Origin: Promethearchaeota archaeon
GTDB taxonomy: Archaea > Asgardarchaeota > Lokiarchaeia > Sigyniarchaeales > SOKP01
DNA: 18,431 bases
Assembly: GCA_019894975.1 (NCBI GenBank)
Contig: JAGXNO010000058.1
Span: 1-18,431 of the forward strand
Reading direction: 5' to 3'
Under the pieces are notes generated by a model, which was not told the DNA's origin, searched no databases, and saw only the letters and a list, made by a program, of their open reading frames with translations. Position numbers and translations under genes: made by a program. Shown piece after piece: positions 17,817-18,431 of this stretch. Each line of letters begins with the position of its first letter. The first letter of the stretch is position 1.

Positions 17817-18431
17817 TTGACTAGAGAAAATATACCGTTTGAACGACTTTTTAATCCACGTGCGATAGTTATAATTGGTGTTTCAAAATTAAATCCAATG
17901 GGAGCAACTCAATATGTTTTTGCATTGAAATCTGCTCAATTTCCGAATCCAATATACCTTGTAAACCCAAAATATACAGGTGAGGAATTAATGGGATATA
18001 AGTTTTATAATTCTGTTTCTTCAATACCAAACGATCCACCTGTTGATCTTGCGATAGTAGCCGTACCCGCTCACTTAACCCCTTCAATTATTGAAGAAAG
18101 TGGGAAAAAGGGAATTTCTTTCGCACACATATTTAGTAGCGGATTTTCTGAATTAGACTCTGAATTTGATAAGAAAGGAAAAAGACTTGAAGAGGAGCTA
18201 ATCAGTGTTGCTTCAAAATGCGGAATACGTATCCTCGGTCCAAATTGTATGGGCATATTCGCACCAAAATCAAAACTCACCTTTTTAATGCCAATGAGGG
18301 AAATGCAGAGGGCAACTAGCAATAGTAATGAAAAAGATTCAGAATATTTTGAAGGTTTAGAAGATATCGGGGATATGAAAAATAGTGGGCAAATTGCTTT
18401 TATATCACAGAGTGGGGGGATTGCTTTCACT
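17817..18431 (+). CDS. Second CoA-binding / acyl-CoA synthetase alpha-like protein (runs off the window; not in the ORF track)
   Basis: Manual translation: ..FERLFNPRAIVIIGVSK..IYLVNPKY..PVDLAIVAVPA..AHIFSSGFSE..IRILGPNCMGIFAP..GQIAFISQSGG. The first canonical start is TTG 17817; an in-frame ATA at 17796 is an alternative. Confidence 0.92.
   Translation, partial: MTRENIPFERLFNPRAIVIIGVSKLNPMGATQYVFALKSAQFPNPIYLVNPKYTGEELMGYKFYNSVSSIPNDPPVDLAIVAVPAHLTPSIIEESGKKGISFAHIFSSGFSELDSEFDKKGKRLEEELISVASKCGIRILGPNCMGIFAPKSKLTFLMPMREMQRATSNSNEKDSEYFEGLEDIGDMKNSGQIAFISQSGGIAFT

Noticed and set aside
17161-18430. ORFs 17161..17352 (+), 17869..18087 (-) and 18071..18430 (-)
   Set aside because: Shadows of the hypothetical gene and of the partial CoA-binding gene on the + strand.

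Overview
This is an AT-rich archaeal chromosomal window, most likely from an Asgard archaeon of the Lokiarchaeia. That assignment is an inference from the split archaeal RNA polymerase A subunits, a Rab/Ras-like small GTPase, two ACD-alpha-like CoA-binding paralogs, a membrane M28 peptidase and low GC. The left 7.7 kb is the minus-strand rpoA1-rpoA2-rpl30e-nusA-rps12-rps7 cluster. It is rearranged: rpoH/rpoB are not upstream, and a membrane M28 peptidase sits between nusA and rps12. Rpo1N carries an unusual 80-aa C-terminal tail, a Lys/Pro-rich linker plus a small Trp-containing module. The right part is accessory: a 4-TM zinc-ribbon protein, an acyl-CoA synthetase alpha-like gene, an EamA transporter, a small GTPase with Arg at the catalytic Gln position, a calcineurin-like metallophosphoesterase, an unannotated 55-aa Cys-rich ORF, a 596-aa fusion (large soluble domain, helical stalk, 2 TM helices, Nudix), an Fe-S aldo/keto reductase broken by one in-frame TAA, a DinB-family protein, a hypothetical protein and a second, partial CoA-binding gene. 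The best candidate for a novel system is the CorA-like/2TM-Nudix 'channel-enzyme' with its divergently transcribed phosphoesterase, Cys-peptide and GTPase neighbours. I saw no tRNA, rRNA, CRISPR array, intein or transposase.
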